The notes beneath the pieces were generated by a model. That model was not told where the DNA came from. It saw only the letters and a list, made by a program, of their open reading frames with translations, and did no database searches. Position numbers and translations under genes: made by a program. This document shows, in pieces, positions 19,567 through 29,612 of a DNA stretch of 64,000 nucleotides (its first letter is position 1; every line of letters starts with the position of its first letter). This stretch comes from an uncultured delta proteobacterium. Its GTDB lineage: Bacteria; Desulfobacterota; Binatia; Binatales; Binataceae. The stretch is from assembly GCA_963774705.1 (NCBI GenBank), contig CAVZFW010000010.1, positions 323,706 through 387,705 on the forward strand. The letters are read 5' to 3'.

Positions 19567-20454
19567 ATGTTCAAGATAGGCAAGTTGTTTCATTTGACTC
19601 ACGTCGTCAGCGATCTCGCGGCGGTCGACAAATGGTACGACGACGTTTTCGGGGTTACGCGATTTTACCGGGGCTACGAAAAGTTGGCGGGCCGCGACGC
19701 TTCGCTGATTGCGATCGGGGAAGTGATCATGGAGCCGATGATGCCGGCGCGGGTGGCGAATTTGCAAAATCCGTCGGTGAAGAAATTCCACGATCGATTT
19801 GGCCAGCATTTCCATTCAATCGCATGGTACGTCGATGACGTAGCGGAGATTTCGACGCAGCTCGACCGACAGAGTCTGCGGCTTTTCAATATCAGCGGCC
19901 AAACCGTGAAGCCCGGCGAGGAGAAGTTCGCTATCTGGACCCATCCGAAGGAAACGCACGGCCAATTGGAGTTCGCCGCGATCCAAAAGTACACGATCGA
20001 TCCACGGCTCCAGCCGGGCTGGTCGAATGAGTATTGGAGCTCGCGGCATCCGCTGGGAATCGAACGGGCGTCCCACGTTTGCGTGCTCGTAAGGGACCTG
20101 CCGAAAGCAAAGCGGCTTTATTGCGACGTACTAGGCGGAAAGCTGATGCACGAGGAAGAAAGCGCCGGGCTCAAATGCAGCGCGTTCGTAGCGGTGGGAG
20201 CGGATAGCGTCGTCGAGTTGACGCAGCCCTTATCCTCGACCAGTCCCGAAGCGCGCGACATGGAACAGAACGGCGAGGGCGCCTATTCGCTCATGTTCAA
20301 GACGAGAAACCTGGTGAAGGCGAGCGACTTCCTCAAATCGAAGGGATTGCGACCCGAGGTCGCGACTACGGATTCGATCGTGCTGGGCAAGGACCAGGCA
20401 TTTGGCATGGTGGTGGGGTTCACGCAACGCGTGCTGCCGAATGATCCGAGATAA
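19567..20454 (+). CDS. VOC family protein (two glyoxalase/extradiol-dioxygenase-like modules)
   Basis: LFHLTHVVSDLAAVDKWYDDVFG and ASHVCVLVRDLPKAKRLYCDVLGG. GGAGG lies 5 nt upstream of ATG 19567. Confidence 0.6.
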   Translation: MFKIGKLFHLTHVVSDLAAVDKWYDDVFGVTRFYRGYEKLAGRDASLIAIGEVIMEPMMPARVANLQNPSVKKFHDRFGQHFHSIAWYVDDVAEISTQLDRQSLRLFNISGQTVKPGEEKFAIWTHPKETHGQLEFAAIQKYTIDPRLQPGWSNEYWSSRHPLGIERASHVCVLVRDLPKAKRLYCDVLGGKLMHEEESAGLKCSAFVAVGADSVVELTQPLSSTSPEARDMEQNGEGAYSLMFKTRNLVKASDFLKSKGLRPEVATTDSIVLGKDQAFGMVVGFTQRVLPNDPR

Positions 20455-20490
20455 GCGGACGAGTGCTGCGGACCATCCGCCGAAGGCACG

Positions 20491-21087
20491 ATGGCGACGA
20501 TGACGCAGAGCGATCGCAATCCGATTGCGAAGTTCGTGCGCTGGCTCGAGGACGCGCGACGCGCGGGAATTCCGAATTACGAGGCAATGGCACTCGCGAC
20601 GGCCTCGCGCGACGGAAAGACCTCCGTGCGATTCGTCCTCCTGAAGGGAGTCGACGAACGCGGCATGGTGTTTTTCACCGACACGCGGAGCCGCAAGGGA
20701 CGCCAGTTGGGAGACAATCCCCAGGCGTCGATGGCTTTTTACTGGCAGCCGCGCGGCCGCCAGGTTCGCATCGAGGGAGGTGTCGAGCAGGTCTCGGCAG
20801 CGGACGCCGACAGGTACTGGTCCGGCCGGCCGCGACAGAGCCAACTCGCCGCGAGTGCCTCACATCAGAGCGCGCGGCTTGGCGCACGTACCGAACTGCT
20901 CGAGCGATGCGCGCGGCTTTCTCACATGCTCAAGGGCCGCGCAATCCCGAGGCCGTCGTACTGGACGGGATTTCGCGTCCGTCCCGATGCGATCGAGTTC
21001 TGGACTCATCGCGAACATCGGCTGCATCGCCGTGAGATTTACGTTCGACGGGTGCGAGGTTGGCGTTGTGAGCTGCTGCAGCCCTGA
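20491..21087 (+). CDS. pdxH: pyridoxamine 5'-phosphate oxidase
   Basis: MALATASRDGKTSVRFVLLKGVDERGMVFFTDTRSRKG, QVRIEGGVEQVS, IEFWTHREHRLHRREIY and a C-terminal LLQP, as in PdxH. Confidence 0.85.
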   Translation: MATMTQSDRNPIAKFVRWLEDARRAGIPNYEAMALATASRDGKTSVRFVLLKGVDERGMVFFTDTRSRKGRQLGDNPQASMAFYWQPRGRQVRIEGGVEQVSAADADRYWSGRPRQSQLAASASHQSARLGARTELLERCARLSHMLKGRAIPRPSYWTGFRVRPDAIEFWTHREHRLHRREIYVRRVRGWRCELLQP

Positions 21088-21298
21088 GACAGGGGCAACG
21101 GCGTCCTGCCGTCATCATCGAATCAATCCCCTACCAGAAGAATTTCGCGAGGGTAGTAAGCGGCGAACAGTACAGTTTTCTGTGCTGGCGGTTCACAACC
21201 CTTTACAACTTCGGCGGAGCTGGGGCAGTTTAACGCTACGGGCCGCCTCAGGCGGGATCACTCGGAACTCCCCTATCGGCCAGTGAGGATTCCAATCG

Positions 21299-22441
21299 AT
21301 GAAGTATGATTTCATTTCGGCGGATTGTCATGTCGATCTGATCTGGCTGCCGCCTGATCTATTTACCGCGAATGCGCCCGAGGCGCTGAAGGAACGCATG
21401 CCCTACGTGGTCGAAGGGCGTAAGGGCCTGCAATGGGTTGCGAAAAACGGCGCCAAATTTGGCCTGGTGAACGGGATGGGATCGGCGGGCCGCCAATACG
21501 TCCCCGGCGAGATTCACCGTTCGGATCGGATGGCCTCGACAGGCCTCTATGATGACGGCCGCAAGGGTATTCGACGCCTCACCGATCCTGAATTGCGTCT
21601 CAAGGACCAGGAGCGCGACGGGGTTCAAGCGGAGGTGCTTTACGGGATACTAGGGGCGAGCATGCGGCTCAAGGACGACGAAGCCGCGACCGAGATGCTC
21701 CGCATTTATAATCAGTGGCTCGGGGATTTCTGCCGCGCGCAACCGGACCGCTACGCTGGCCTGGCTTCGATTCCGAGCCACGATATCGGTGCCGCAGTCG
21801 CGGAGATAAAGCGGGTCGCCAAAGATGGTGTCCTGCGCGGCCTTGATATCGCCAACCGGCCCGATATCCCACCGTTCTGGGATCCTTGCTGGAACCCGCT
21901 ATGGGATATTGCCGAGGACGCTAAGCTGCCGGTGCATCTGCATACCATTGGTGGCACGCTCCCAGATCTCCGGAAGTTGGAACACAAAGTAGGCCGGGCC
22001 GCCTTCGCCACTACCATCTCGAGCTTTCAGATGTATATGTCGATACCGTTGATGGCGATCATCTTCGCCGGCGTACTCGAACATCATCCGGGACTCAGAA
22101 TGGTGATCGGCGAGAGCGGCATCGGCTGGATCCCTTATACCCTCGACCACATGGACCTCGAGTGGGAAGACCAGTTCAAGGATCTCGATCTGAAGATGAA
22201 GCCGAGCGACTACTGGCGGCGGCAATGCTACGCGACCTACCAGTGCGATCGCATCGGCATCAAGCTGCTCGACGAGATCGGCGAGGACAATATCATGTGG
22301 GGTTCTGACTTCCCGCACCCTGACGGGATCTGGCCTGACTCGCAGGAGTACATTCGGCGCGAATTGGGCCATCTGCCGGCTGCGACGCGCCATAAAATCG
22401 TCTGTGGCAATGCGGCCAGGCTTTACGGATTTTCCAATTAG
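21299..22441 (+). CDS. amidohydrolase_2 (ACMSD-type metal-dependent hydrolase/decarboxylase) family protein
   Basis: ISADCHVDL N-terminal metal ligands, MWGSDFPHPDG, GNAARLYGF C-terminus. Confidence 0.7.
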   Translation: MKYDFISADCHVDLIWLPPDLFTANAPEALKERMPYVVEGRKGLQWVAKNGAKFGLVNGMGSAGRQYVPGEIHRSDRMASTGLYDDGRKGIRRLTDPELRLKDQERDGVQAEVLYGILGASMRLKDDEAATEMLRIYNQWLGDFCRAQPDRYAGLASIPSHDIGAAVAEIKRVAKDGVLRGLDIANRPDIPPFWDPCWNPLWDIAEDAKLPVHLHTIGGTLPDLRKLEHKVGRAAFATTISSFQMYMSIPLMAIIFAGVLEHHPGLRMVIGESGIGWIPYTLDHMDLEWEDQFKDLDLKMKPSDYWRRQCYATYQCDRIGIKLLDEIGEDNIMWGSDFPHPDGIWPDSQEYIRRELGHLPAATRHKIVCGNAARLYGFSN

Positions 22442-22559
22442 TTCGCCATTGTCACCACATAACGAAGTCGCCGCCGAAAGCAGATGAACGGCTAACAACA
22501 GAAGTGTCGCCCACCTGCTTTGCTCGCGATTCGCGCTGCTAGGCGACCTTGTTACTGCG

Positions 22560-23465
22560 CTACCGCTGATGATAAAGCGGATGCCCGTGGAAGTTGGTGT
22601 GCACCCGGCTGAAGTGGTCGCCTTCGAGGTTGGCGAAGTACAGGTCTTGTAGGCCCGGCGCACCAAAAGCGCAATTCGTCGGGAAATTCAGCTTCTGCCC
22701 TCCCGCATCGTCGATGAGCGTAGTCCACTTGCCGTTAGTATCCACCTGGATGATCTGATGGGCGGGAGACATCTTGCCGCCTTTGATGAATGCGGGCAGT
22801 GTCACAAAGAGTGTCCCATCCGTCGCGAAGGCCATTCCGTCGGGCAGCGCCGGAAAGTCTTTCGAATAAATCTCGGCGTTGCCGAAGGTGCCGTCCTTCT
22901 TGATTGCAATGCGCAAGCAGTCATTGCGGGTGGACTCGAGCACATATACCGCTTCCTCTTTCGGATCGATGGCGGTCCCGTTGGCCAGGTAGATGCCGCT
23001 CGCGACGATCTCGCTTTTGCCATCCGGCCGGATGCGGACCAGGGCTCCATTCGGTTCCGGTTTCGACATTTCGACTAATAGGGTTTTGATGTCGCGGGTG
23101 CTCGAGTTGGAAACATAGAGATTGCCCTCGGCATCGTAAGTCGCGAAGTTGGGCACGGTAAGGGCGAGAGTTCCCACCCGATCGGCAATCATCGAAACCT
23201 GACCACTTTGCGACACTCGCATCATGGCCTGCTTGCCAAGATCGCAATAAACCAGGTTTCCCTGACGATCCATCGTAATCCCGTTCGGGATCGATCCGGC
23301 GGGCAGGGTGCAGAGTTCACTCACCTTGCCATCGGGAGTGACCTTGTACATAACGCCCTTGCGGCCTCCGCCGTAAACGTTATGCTCTTTGTCAACGACT
23401 ACGCCCTCTGACTTGAGAACGCCCTTGCCGAATATCTCCACCGCATCTACTGACAACGTCGCCAT
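22560..23465 (-). CDS. SMP-30/gluconolactonase/LRE-like six-bladed beta-propeller protein
   Basis: Repeated blade-like segments (PNGITMDRQGNLVYCD, DAEGNLYVSN, ANGTAIDP, PDGMAFATDGTLFV). GGAG RBS. Confidence 0.65.
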   Translation of the reverse strand: MATLSVDAVEIFGKGVLKSEGVVVDKEHNVYGGGRKGVMYKVTPDGKVSELCTLPAGSIPNGITMDRQGNLVYCDLGKQAMMRVSQSGQVSMIADRVGTLALTVPNFATYDAEGNLYVSNSSTRDIKTLLVEMSKPEPNGALVRIRPDGKSEIVASGIYLANGTAIDPKEEAVYVLESTRNDCLRIAIKKDGTFGNAEIYSKDFPALPDGMAFATDGTLFVTLPAFIKGGKMSPAHQIIQVDTNGKWTTLIDDAGGQKLNFPTNCAFGAPGLQDLYFANLEGDHFSRVHTNFHGHPLYHQR

Positions 23466-23669
23466 AGTCGGATCTCCTTCCTGGAATTCCTAAGCCCTCA
23501 GTCGCAGGTTTCGTCGATGAGATCAAGGAGACCCATCACCTCTCCAGTAAACCGACGAAGCTGAGGCTCGATCTCGATCTACCCTTCGTTCGCCTGTTCG
23601 GATCCTTTGCAACTTTCGTGGCGCTGGCGCACTTTATCCAAAGCTTGTCGACCAAGAGGATCCAAAAAA

Positions 23670-24020
23670 ATGCGAATCTTCCGTCTCTATAGCGGTGATG
23701 ATCAGCAGTCCCATCTCGAGGAACTGAAGATGTCGTTTGCGCCCGGACAATTCGCCGAGCAAACGCCCATGCAGCCGGCGACGAGCGTGATCTTCACGCG
23801 GATGGCACCGGGGGCGTTCGTCGATTGGCATAACGCTCCGCGCCGCCAGTACGTGATTACGCTCGCCGGTGGAGTCGAGATCGGACTGGGCGACGGCTCG
23901 CTCCATCGCTTCGGCCCGGGCGAAGGAATTCTGGCGGAGGACCTGACGGGCCGGGGTCACACGACCCGCGCCGTCGGCAACGAGCCGCGCGTGATGATGA
24001 TTGTCCCTCTGAAAGACTGA
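23670..24020 (+). CDS. cupin domain protein
   Basis: AGAGGA RBS before ATG 23670 (MRIFRLYSGDD). WHNAPRRQYVITLAGGVEIGLGDGS...GEGILAEDLTGRGH has a cupin-like layout. Confidence 0.55.
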   Translation: MRIFRLYSGDDQQSHLEELKMSFAPGQFAEQTPMQPATSVIFTRMAPGAFVDWHNAPRRQYVITLAGGVEIGLGDGSLHRFGPGEGILAEDLTGRGHTTRAVGNEPRVMMIVPLKD

Positions 24021-24098
24021 CGCGGTACCGGATACACAGATCTGCAACTCGAATCGGTGACACAGGCTCACCGATTTGTTGCAGCGTCTGCCGTGGCG

Positions 24099-24836
24099 TT
24101 ACGTCCACTCCTTGGGTACCGCTTGTGCCCGCTGATGTGTAAGCAATTTCGAGCGCCGCGCCTGTTCCTCGGGCGTGATTGTCGCCGGGTCTTCGCGATA
24201 TTCGGGGCCGGCCGCCATCGCCTTCTTCACCGCCGGCCGCTCGCCAATTTCATCCAGCCAGCGCTTGACGTTGGGAAATTCGGCAAGGTCGATCTTTCGA
24301 TCCTGCAAAATTGTCGCCCACGGATAGCAAATCATATCCGCGATCGTGTACTGACCGGCGGCCAGGTAACGCTTGTTATGCAAGCCCAGGTTCATCACTC
24401 CGTAGATACGATGGACTTCGTTATCGAAACGCAGTAGCGCATAAGCCTGATCGCCGTTCTTCCCAGCCTTCGCGGTGCGCCGAAAATGCCCTTGTTCGCC
24501 CATCTTGGGCCCCTGGTTGGCCATCTGCCAGAAGACCCATTGCATCACGTCGGCTTTTTGATGCGGCTCTTGCGGCAGAAACTTTCCGCTCTTTTCGGCG
24601 AGGTAAACCATGATGGCGCCAGACTCGAAGATCACGATTGGCGCGCCACCGCCCATCGGCTCGTGATCCACCATCGCGGGCATCCGCCCGTTGGGCGAGA
24701 TCTTGAGGAAGTCCGGCGTCAACTGGTCGCCGCGTCCAATATTGATCGCCTTGATGGTATACGGGATGCTCGCTTCCTCGAGCTGGATCGTAACCTTCTT
24801 TCCATTCGGAGTTGGCCAGAAGTACAAATCAATCAT
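24099..24836 (-). CDS. yfcG: Nu-class glutathione S-transferase (YfcG/YghU-like disulfide reductase type)
   Basis: MIDLYFWPTPNGKKVTIQLEE...ISPNGRMPAMVDHEP...FESGAIMVYLAEKSGKFLP...QWVFWQM matches my memory of E. coli YfcG closely. Start ATG 24836, not the track's 24902. Confidence 0.8.
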   Translation of the reverse strand: MIDLYFWPTPNGKKVTIQLEEASIPYTIKAINIGRGDQLTPDFLKISPNGRMPAMVDHEPMGGGAPIVIFESGAIMVYLAEKSGKFLPQEPHQKADVMQWVFWQMANQGPKMGEQGHFRRTAKAGKNGDQAYALLRFDNEVHRIYGVMNLGLHNKRYLAAGQYTIADMICYPWATILQDRKIDLAEFPNVKRWLDEIGERPAVKKAMAAGPEYREDPATITPEEQARRSKLLTHQRAQAVPKEWT

Positions 24837-24894
24837 GTGATTTCTCCATTGTGGCTTGTGCCGTTGTTGGGTAAGCGCGGTTACTGGTCTCACC

Positions 24895-25225
24895 TCATCC
24901 AATTGGACTTAGCTCGACCGGCAGACCCTCGCCCCAGCCGTATTTGCGTTTCGCGATCGCCTGTACTTCGTCCCATAACTGCCGGTCCGATCGACAGTCA
25001 AGCACCTTGGCTGCTGCGTCCACTTCACGCTCGCGGATTCGAACCCTTACTTGCGGATTCCGTTTGATATTTTTAACCCAGCCTGCCGCTTTCAGCGAAC
25101 AAGTAGAATTTCTCCCGGCACATAATGAACCAAATCTCGATTTCCCGTGGCCGGCCCGTCACTCGCCCAATCGTGGTGACATGAAGGACCTGCTCATCCG
25201 CGAGGCTTTCGAAAGACGCGCTCAT
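24895..25225 (-). pseudogene. deazaflavin (F420)-dependent nitroreductase / PNPOx-like family protein; frame broken near 25084
   Basis: Not in the track as one ORF. Hand translation gives MSASFESLADEQVLHVTTIGRVTGRPREIEIWFIMCREKFYLFAESG, then a stop. The next frame continues (A)AGWVKNIKRNPQVRVRIREREVDAAAKVLD...YGWGEGLPVELSPIG*. The two halves together have the family layout (TTxGRxxGxxR...W..N...NP.V). Confidence 0.6.
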
Positions 25226-25297
25226 GACAGCTTCATGAACTGGACACCATTACTCCTCACGGTTTCAGACAGAACCACGAGCAAGTGACCTCAAGCA

Positions 25298-26578
25298 TTA
25301 TGCTGCTGCTCGCGAGGGCTTTTTCAACGCGAAGAGCAGTGCCAATGCCGCCAGGTTGAGGGACGCACTCAGCACAAAGGCACTGTTGTAACTCTTCGTG
25401 GCGTCATACGTGTAGCCAGCGATGAGCGGTCCGAACGCCGCTGGAGAGCCTGCAAGCGCAAAGATGAATCCGACGATTGCGCCGATTGCCAGGCGGCCGA
25501 AAAAATCGCCGATGAGAGCCGGAAAGAGCGCCGTGACCCCGCCGTAAGAGAAGCCGAAGACGGCCGCAGCGGGATACAGGAGCGAGAGGCCGGTGCTGGC
25601 CATGAAGCCGACAAACGACAACGCCTGGAGTGATAAACACAGGCCGAGGGTCTGTACCCGGCCCAGGCGATCGGAGATGGGACCAATCGCGAGGCGCCCG
25701 GCAAATCCCGCGAAACCTATAACGCTGATCGTCATCGCGGCGAGAAAATGCGCAATTCCAAGATCGATCGCGAACGGAACGATGTGGACCATCGGCATGA
25801 ACACCACCAGCCATGTCAAAGCGAAGATGGCGTTCAGGAGCCAAAAAGTTCTGGTGCGTTGAGCTTCGGCCAGGGTCCAGTTCTCACCGTATGAGTCGTC
25901 TCCAGCGGTAACCGTTGCCGACACTTCCGCCGTCGAATCTCCGTCAGGATGCAACCCCATCTTTTCGGGATCGCGCACGATGAACATCGCGCAGAAGACC
26001 AAACCAGCGACCGCCATCAGACCGAGAATCAAATATGTTCTGCGCCAGCCGTACGCTGCAATTAAGGTCGTCGCGAGCGGTGGAAAGATAAACATTCCAA
26101 AGCTCGCACCGCTTGAGGTTATGCTCAGTGCCAATCCACGTCGGCGCGTGAACCATCGCACCACCGTGGCATTGCAGGGAACATAGGCCGCACTCATACC
26201 CGCGGCCGCGACGAAACCGAGCACGAGGTAAAGCTGCCACAGGGCGCGGACCCTGCTCATGAGCATCACGCCCGTACCCAGGAGACAACCGCCAACCGTC
26301 AAAACGATTCGCGGTCCTAGTCGATCAGTCAATCGTCCGCTGACAACACCAAGCGCACTATAAACAAAGACGTACACCGAATACGGAAGAGATAAGCTGC
26401 CACGATCCCACCCTGTATCGGTGGAAATAAATGGCATGAACACGCCGAAGGTGAACTGGATGCCGTATGCGATGCACAAGATCGTGAACGCACATCCTAC
26501 GACCACCCAGCCAAAGAAGAATCTGTGCTCTGCTAAAGTCGAATTTAGCGGAGCACGATCGGCCAAATCAGCGGGCAA
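25298..26578 (-). CDS. MFS transporter (oxalate/formate-antiporter-like layout)
   Basis: 426 aa, about 12 TM helices, GRLTDRLGPR loop 2-3 motif. Confidence 0.8.
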   Translation of the reverse strand: MPADLADRAPLNSTLAEHRFFFGWVVVGCAFTILCIAYGIQFTFGVFMPFISTDTGWDRGSLSLPYSVYVFVYSALGVVSGRLTDRLGPRIVLTVGGCLLGTGVMLMSRVRALWQLYLVLGFVAAAGMSAAYVPCNATVVRWFTRRRGLALSITSSGASFGMFIFPPLATTLIAAYGWRRTYLILGLMAVAGLVFCAMFIVRDPEKMGLHPDGDSTAEVSATVTAGDDSYGENWTLAEAQRTRTFWLLNAIFALTWLVVFMPMVHIVPFAIDLGIAHFLAAMTISVIGFAGFAGRLAIGPISDRLGRVQTLGLCLSLQALSFVGFMASTGLSLLYPAAAVFGFSYGGVTALFPALIGDFFGRLAIGAIVGFIFALAGSPAAFGPLIAGYTYDATKSYNSAFVLSASLNLAALALLFALKKPSRAAA

Positions 26579-27329
26579 TCCAGCCGCCGTCGATCACCAT
26601 CGAATGGCCCGTCACAAACGACGAGGCATCGGAGAGCAGCCACACCACGCCCTCGCCGATTTCATGCGGCTGACCAAAACGGCCGATCGGCTCGCCTGCG
26701 CGCATGTCATTCTCGTTCATGCCGCCCCCATCCATCAGCCGCGCCACCATCGGAGTCTGAATCACGCCCGGGCAAACGCAGTTTACCCGGATATTCTTTT
26801 GCGCGAATTCGAGCGCTGCGGTTTTGGTCAGACCCACGACGCCGTGCTTCGAGGCGTTGTAAGCGGGCAGACCCTCGAAGCCCACCAATCCTGCTATCGA
26901 CGCAGTATTGACGATCACACCGCCGCCCTGTTTGAGCATCTGCGGGATCTCGTACTTCATGCAAAGCCAGACGCCCTTGAGATTGATCGCGATAGTGCGG
27001 TCGAAGTTATCCTCTGACGTGTCGATCGTGCCCGCCATCTTCCCTTCGATGCCGGCATTGTTGAACGCACCGTCGATCCGGCCGTACGTTTCGACGGTTT
27101 TTGCGACCATCATCTCGACCTGCTTGGTGACCGAGACGTCGGCCGCGAGGCAGTCCGCCGTGCCGCCCGACTCCTTGATCATCGCCACGGTCTTTTGAGC
27201 GCCCTCCGGTACGTAGTCGGCGATCATCACCTTGGCGCCCTGCTTTGCCAGGAGGAGCGACGTAGCTCGACCGATTCCGGATCCACCACCGGTCACTAGA
27301 ATTACTTTTCCCTCAAGCGATCCAGCCAT
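26568..27329 (-). CDS. SDR family oxidoreductase
   Basis: TGGGSGIGRA, NNAG, YNASKHG catalytic motif. Confidence 0.85.
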   Translation of the reverse strand: MAGSLEGKVILVTGGGSGIGRATSLLLAKQGAKVMIADYVPEGAQKTVAMIKESGGTADCLAADVSVTKQVEMMVAKTVETYGRIDGAFNNAGIEGKMAGTIDTSEDNFDRTIAINLKGVWLCMKYEIPQMLKQGGGVIVNTASIAGLVGFEGLPAYNASKHGVVGLTKTAALEFAQKNIRVNCVCPGVIQTPMVARLMDGGGMNENDMRAGEPIGRFGQPHEIGEGVVWLLSDASSFVTGHSMVIDGGWIAR

Positions 27330-27431
27330 GTTGCCCTCTCAAATTGTTAGATGCCCGTCTCAAGAACCTTGGGCGCGCCTTTCCGATTTCATTTCCGAGC
27401 GCGACGAACCTACCAATTCGTGCGGTTGTCG

Positions 27432-28010
27432 CTATCCGAGCGTCGAACTCTTTGAGGCTTCCCCACCCGACGACTTCAGCAGCGCTCTGAAGTGCTTATG
27501 GAGCTTCGCCAGCTTCGGCGCGATGACGAATTGGCAATATGGCGCGGAGCTGTTATTGCGAAAGTACTCGCGGTGGTAGTCCTCCGCCTCGTAAAACGCG
27601 TTGAGTGGACTGACCTCGGTCACGATCGGATTCCCACGCGGATCGGAGCCGTTGAGTTCCGATATCAACCCCTCGGCCTGCCGCTTTTGCTCGTCGGTCG
27701 TGTAGAAAATCACCGAACGGTATTCGGTGCCGACGTCGGCGCCCTGGCGATTGAGACTCGTTGGATCGTGTGTGGCAAAGAACACCGTCATCAGGTCGCG
27801 ATACGGCAGGCGCGCCGGATCGTACTCGATGCGCACTACTTCCGCATGCCCGGTCCTCCCCGTGCAGACCTGTCGGTAGGTCGGGTTCTGGACGGTCCCA
27901 CCGGCGTAGCCCGGCATTACCGACTTCACCCCATTCAACTGCTCAAATATCGCCTCGGTGCACCAAAAACATCCACCACCGAAAACGGCAATCTCTGTAC
28001 TCTCATTCAT
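27432..28010 (-). CDS. msrA: peptide-methionine (S)-S-oxide reductase
   Basis: AVFGGGCFWCTEAIF, GYAGG, HAEVVRIEYDP, HDPT. Confidence 0.9.
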   Translation of the reverse strand: MNESTEIAVFGGGCFWCTEAIFEQLNGVKSVMPGYAGGTVQNPTYRQVCTGRTGHAEVVRIEYDPARLPYRDLMTVFFATHDPTSLNRQGADVGTEYRSVIFYTTDEQKRQAEGLISELNGSDPRGNPIVTEVSPLNAFYEAEDYHREYFRNNSSAPYCQFVIAPKLAKLHKHFRALLKSSGGEASKSSTLG

Positions 28011-28195
28011 AGTAATTTCCGGTACCAGTATGCTGCTATCCGCGTCAACCCGCCCGTCGCTCTACTATTCTAATCATCAACGAGGTCGTTCGTCTAAGGC
28101 GGCCTCTTGTGATCGGTTGGCGAAGCTCGCTATACCGTGAAAGAGCAGCTTCTGAACGGCGCGCAGGGGCTGTTTTCCGCTTGAGGTGAAGCCCA

Positions 28196-29011
28196 ATGCC
28201 CGCATGGACGACTGACATTATCCGCACGACCCCGCGGATTGCGCTGGATCACGTGGGAATGGGTCCGCTGGCGATTTTCCTCCACGGCATCGGCGGCAAT
28301 CGAACTAACTGGCACGATCAGCTTGCCGAGTTCGGTGCGCATTTTCACGCCGTCGCCTGGGATGCGCGCGGCTACGGCTCGAGCGACGATTACGAAGGCG
28401 CCCTCGACTTCGGTGATTTCGCCGCTGATCTGGTGCGCGTCATCGATCATTTTGGCGCCGCGCGTGCGCACCTCGTCGGCCTCTCGATGGGTGGGGTTAT
28501 CGCGATGGATTTCGCTACGCGCTTTCCCGATCGAGTCGCGACCTTGACGCTGTGCGACACAATGCCCGGCTTCGGCCATCTGAGCGACGCCCAGCGCCGC
28601 GAATTCATCAGCTTGCGCCAGGAACCGTTGCTGGCGGGCAAGGAACCGGGGGACATCGCCCCGATGGTGGCGAAGACGCTGCTCGGCAAATCGGCGCGTC
28701 CCGGATGCTTCGAACGGCTGGTTGCCAGTATGACCGCGCTGCAGAAGCAATCCTACATCAAGACGATCACCGGCTCCGTCAACTATGCGCGCCCTTTGGA
28801 ACTCGAAACGATTTCGGCACCAGTACATATTGTGGTGGGCGACGAGGATACGCTAACGCCGCCGGCGACGTCGCTCGCCATGGTGAAGCGCATCGCGGGT
28901 GCACGCATGACCGTGATCGAAAACGCTGGACATCTGAGCAATATCGAACAGCCCGAAGCCTTTAATCGCGCGGTGCTGGATTTTCTGCTGGAGTTTCGCG
29001 ACCGCGCCTGA
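28196..29011 (+). CDS. alpha/beta hydrolase
   Basis: IFLHGIGGN, GLSMGG nucleophile elbow, GDEDTLTP, NAGHLSNIEQPEAF. Confidence 0.75.
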   Translation: MPAWTTDIIRTTPRIALDHVGMGPLAIFLHGIGGNRTNWHDQLAEFGAHFHAVAWDARGYGSSDDYEGALDFGDFAADLVRVIDHFGAARAHLVGLSMGGVIAMDFATRFPDRVATLTLCDTMPGFGHLSDAQRREFISLRQEPLLAGKEPGDIAPMVAKTLLGKSARPGCFERLVASMTALQKQSYIKTITGSVNYARPLELETISAPVHIVVGDEDTLTPPATSLAMVKRIAGARMTVIENAGHLSNIEQPEAFNRAVLDFLLEFRDRA

Positions 29012-29073
29012 CGACAGCGCGGTGAGATCATTCGCCAAATGAACGCAAGATCACTTGATTGGAGGATTGTGAA

Positions 29074-29454
29074 ATGCCTGTAATCGACAACACCTCAGTT
29101 AAGACCTTTAACCTGCCCGGCCTCAACCATCAGACCTTTGCCGGCCCCGAGCACAGCCTCAAGAACCTTGAAGTCTGGGGACAGGTGATCGAAGCCGGCG
29201 GCGGCACTCCGGTGCATCGCCACGCGTGCGAGGAAGCGATCGTGGTGCTGGAAGGCTCCGGTACGTTGACCGTCAATTGCCAGGAAAGCCGTTTCGGCCC
29301 CAATTCCACGCTGATCATCCCGGCCGATGCGGTCCATCAAATCGTCAACAGCGGTACCGCCCGAATGGTGATCGTCGCGGCGCTGAGCATGGCGCCGGTG
29401 CAGGTTCGCCACGCCGACAATCAGGCAATGCCGCTGCCGTGGCAGGCCGGTTAA
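29074..29454 (+). CDS. cupin domain protein
   Basis: GGAGGA RBS at 29061-29066 favours ATG 29074 over the track TTG 29059. GGGTPVHRHACEEAIVVLEGSG...IPADAVHQIVNSG. Confidence 0.6.
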   Translation: MPVIDNTSVKTFNLPGLNHQTFAGPEHSLKNLEVWGQVIEAGGGTPVHRHACEEAIVVLEGSGTLTVNCQESRFGPNSTLIIPADAVHQIVNSGTARMVIVAALSMAPVQVRHADNQAMPLPWQAG

Positions 29455-29612
29455 GCGGCGAACGTTTTGCACCAGGCGGCAGTTGATGCGTGGGCGGAAC
29501 CGCCGAACGCCGAACCTTCTGTTCGTTCACGTCGTATCGTGCTAAAGCCACTAATGCGGTCTATCGTTGCCCTCAGCAAGGGCGGCGGCTGATAACACGC
29601 AGGAGGGTCGTC

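Noticed and set aside
25030-25052. ggattcgaaccc string resembling a tRNA T-arm on the minus strand
   Set aside because: No matching acceptor or anticodon stems can be drawn around it. It lies inside the nitroreductase-like coding sequence (VRVRIRE).
24944-25288. 114-aa plus-strand ORF
   Set aside because: It has no motifs and is antisense to the two halves of the frameshifted F420-type nitroreductase-like gene.
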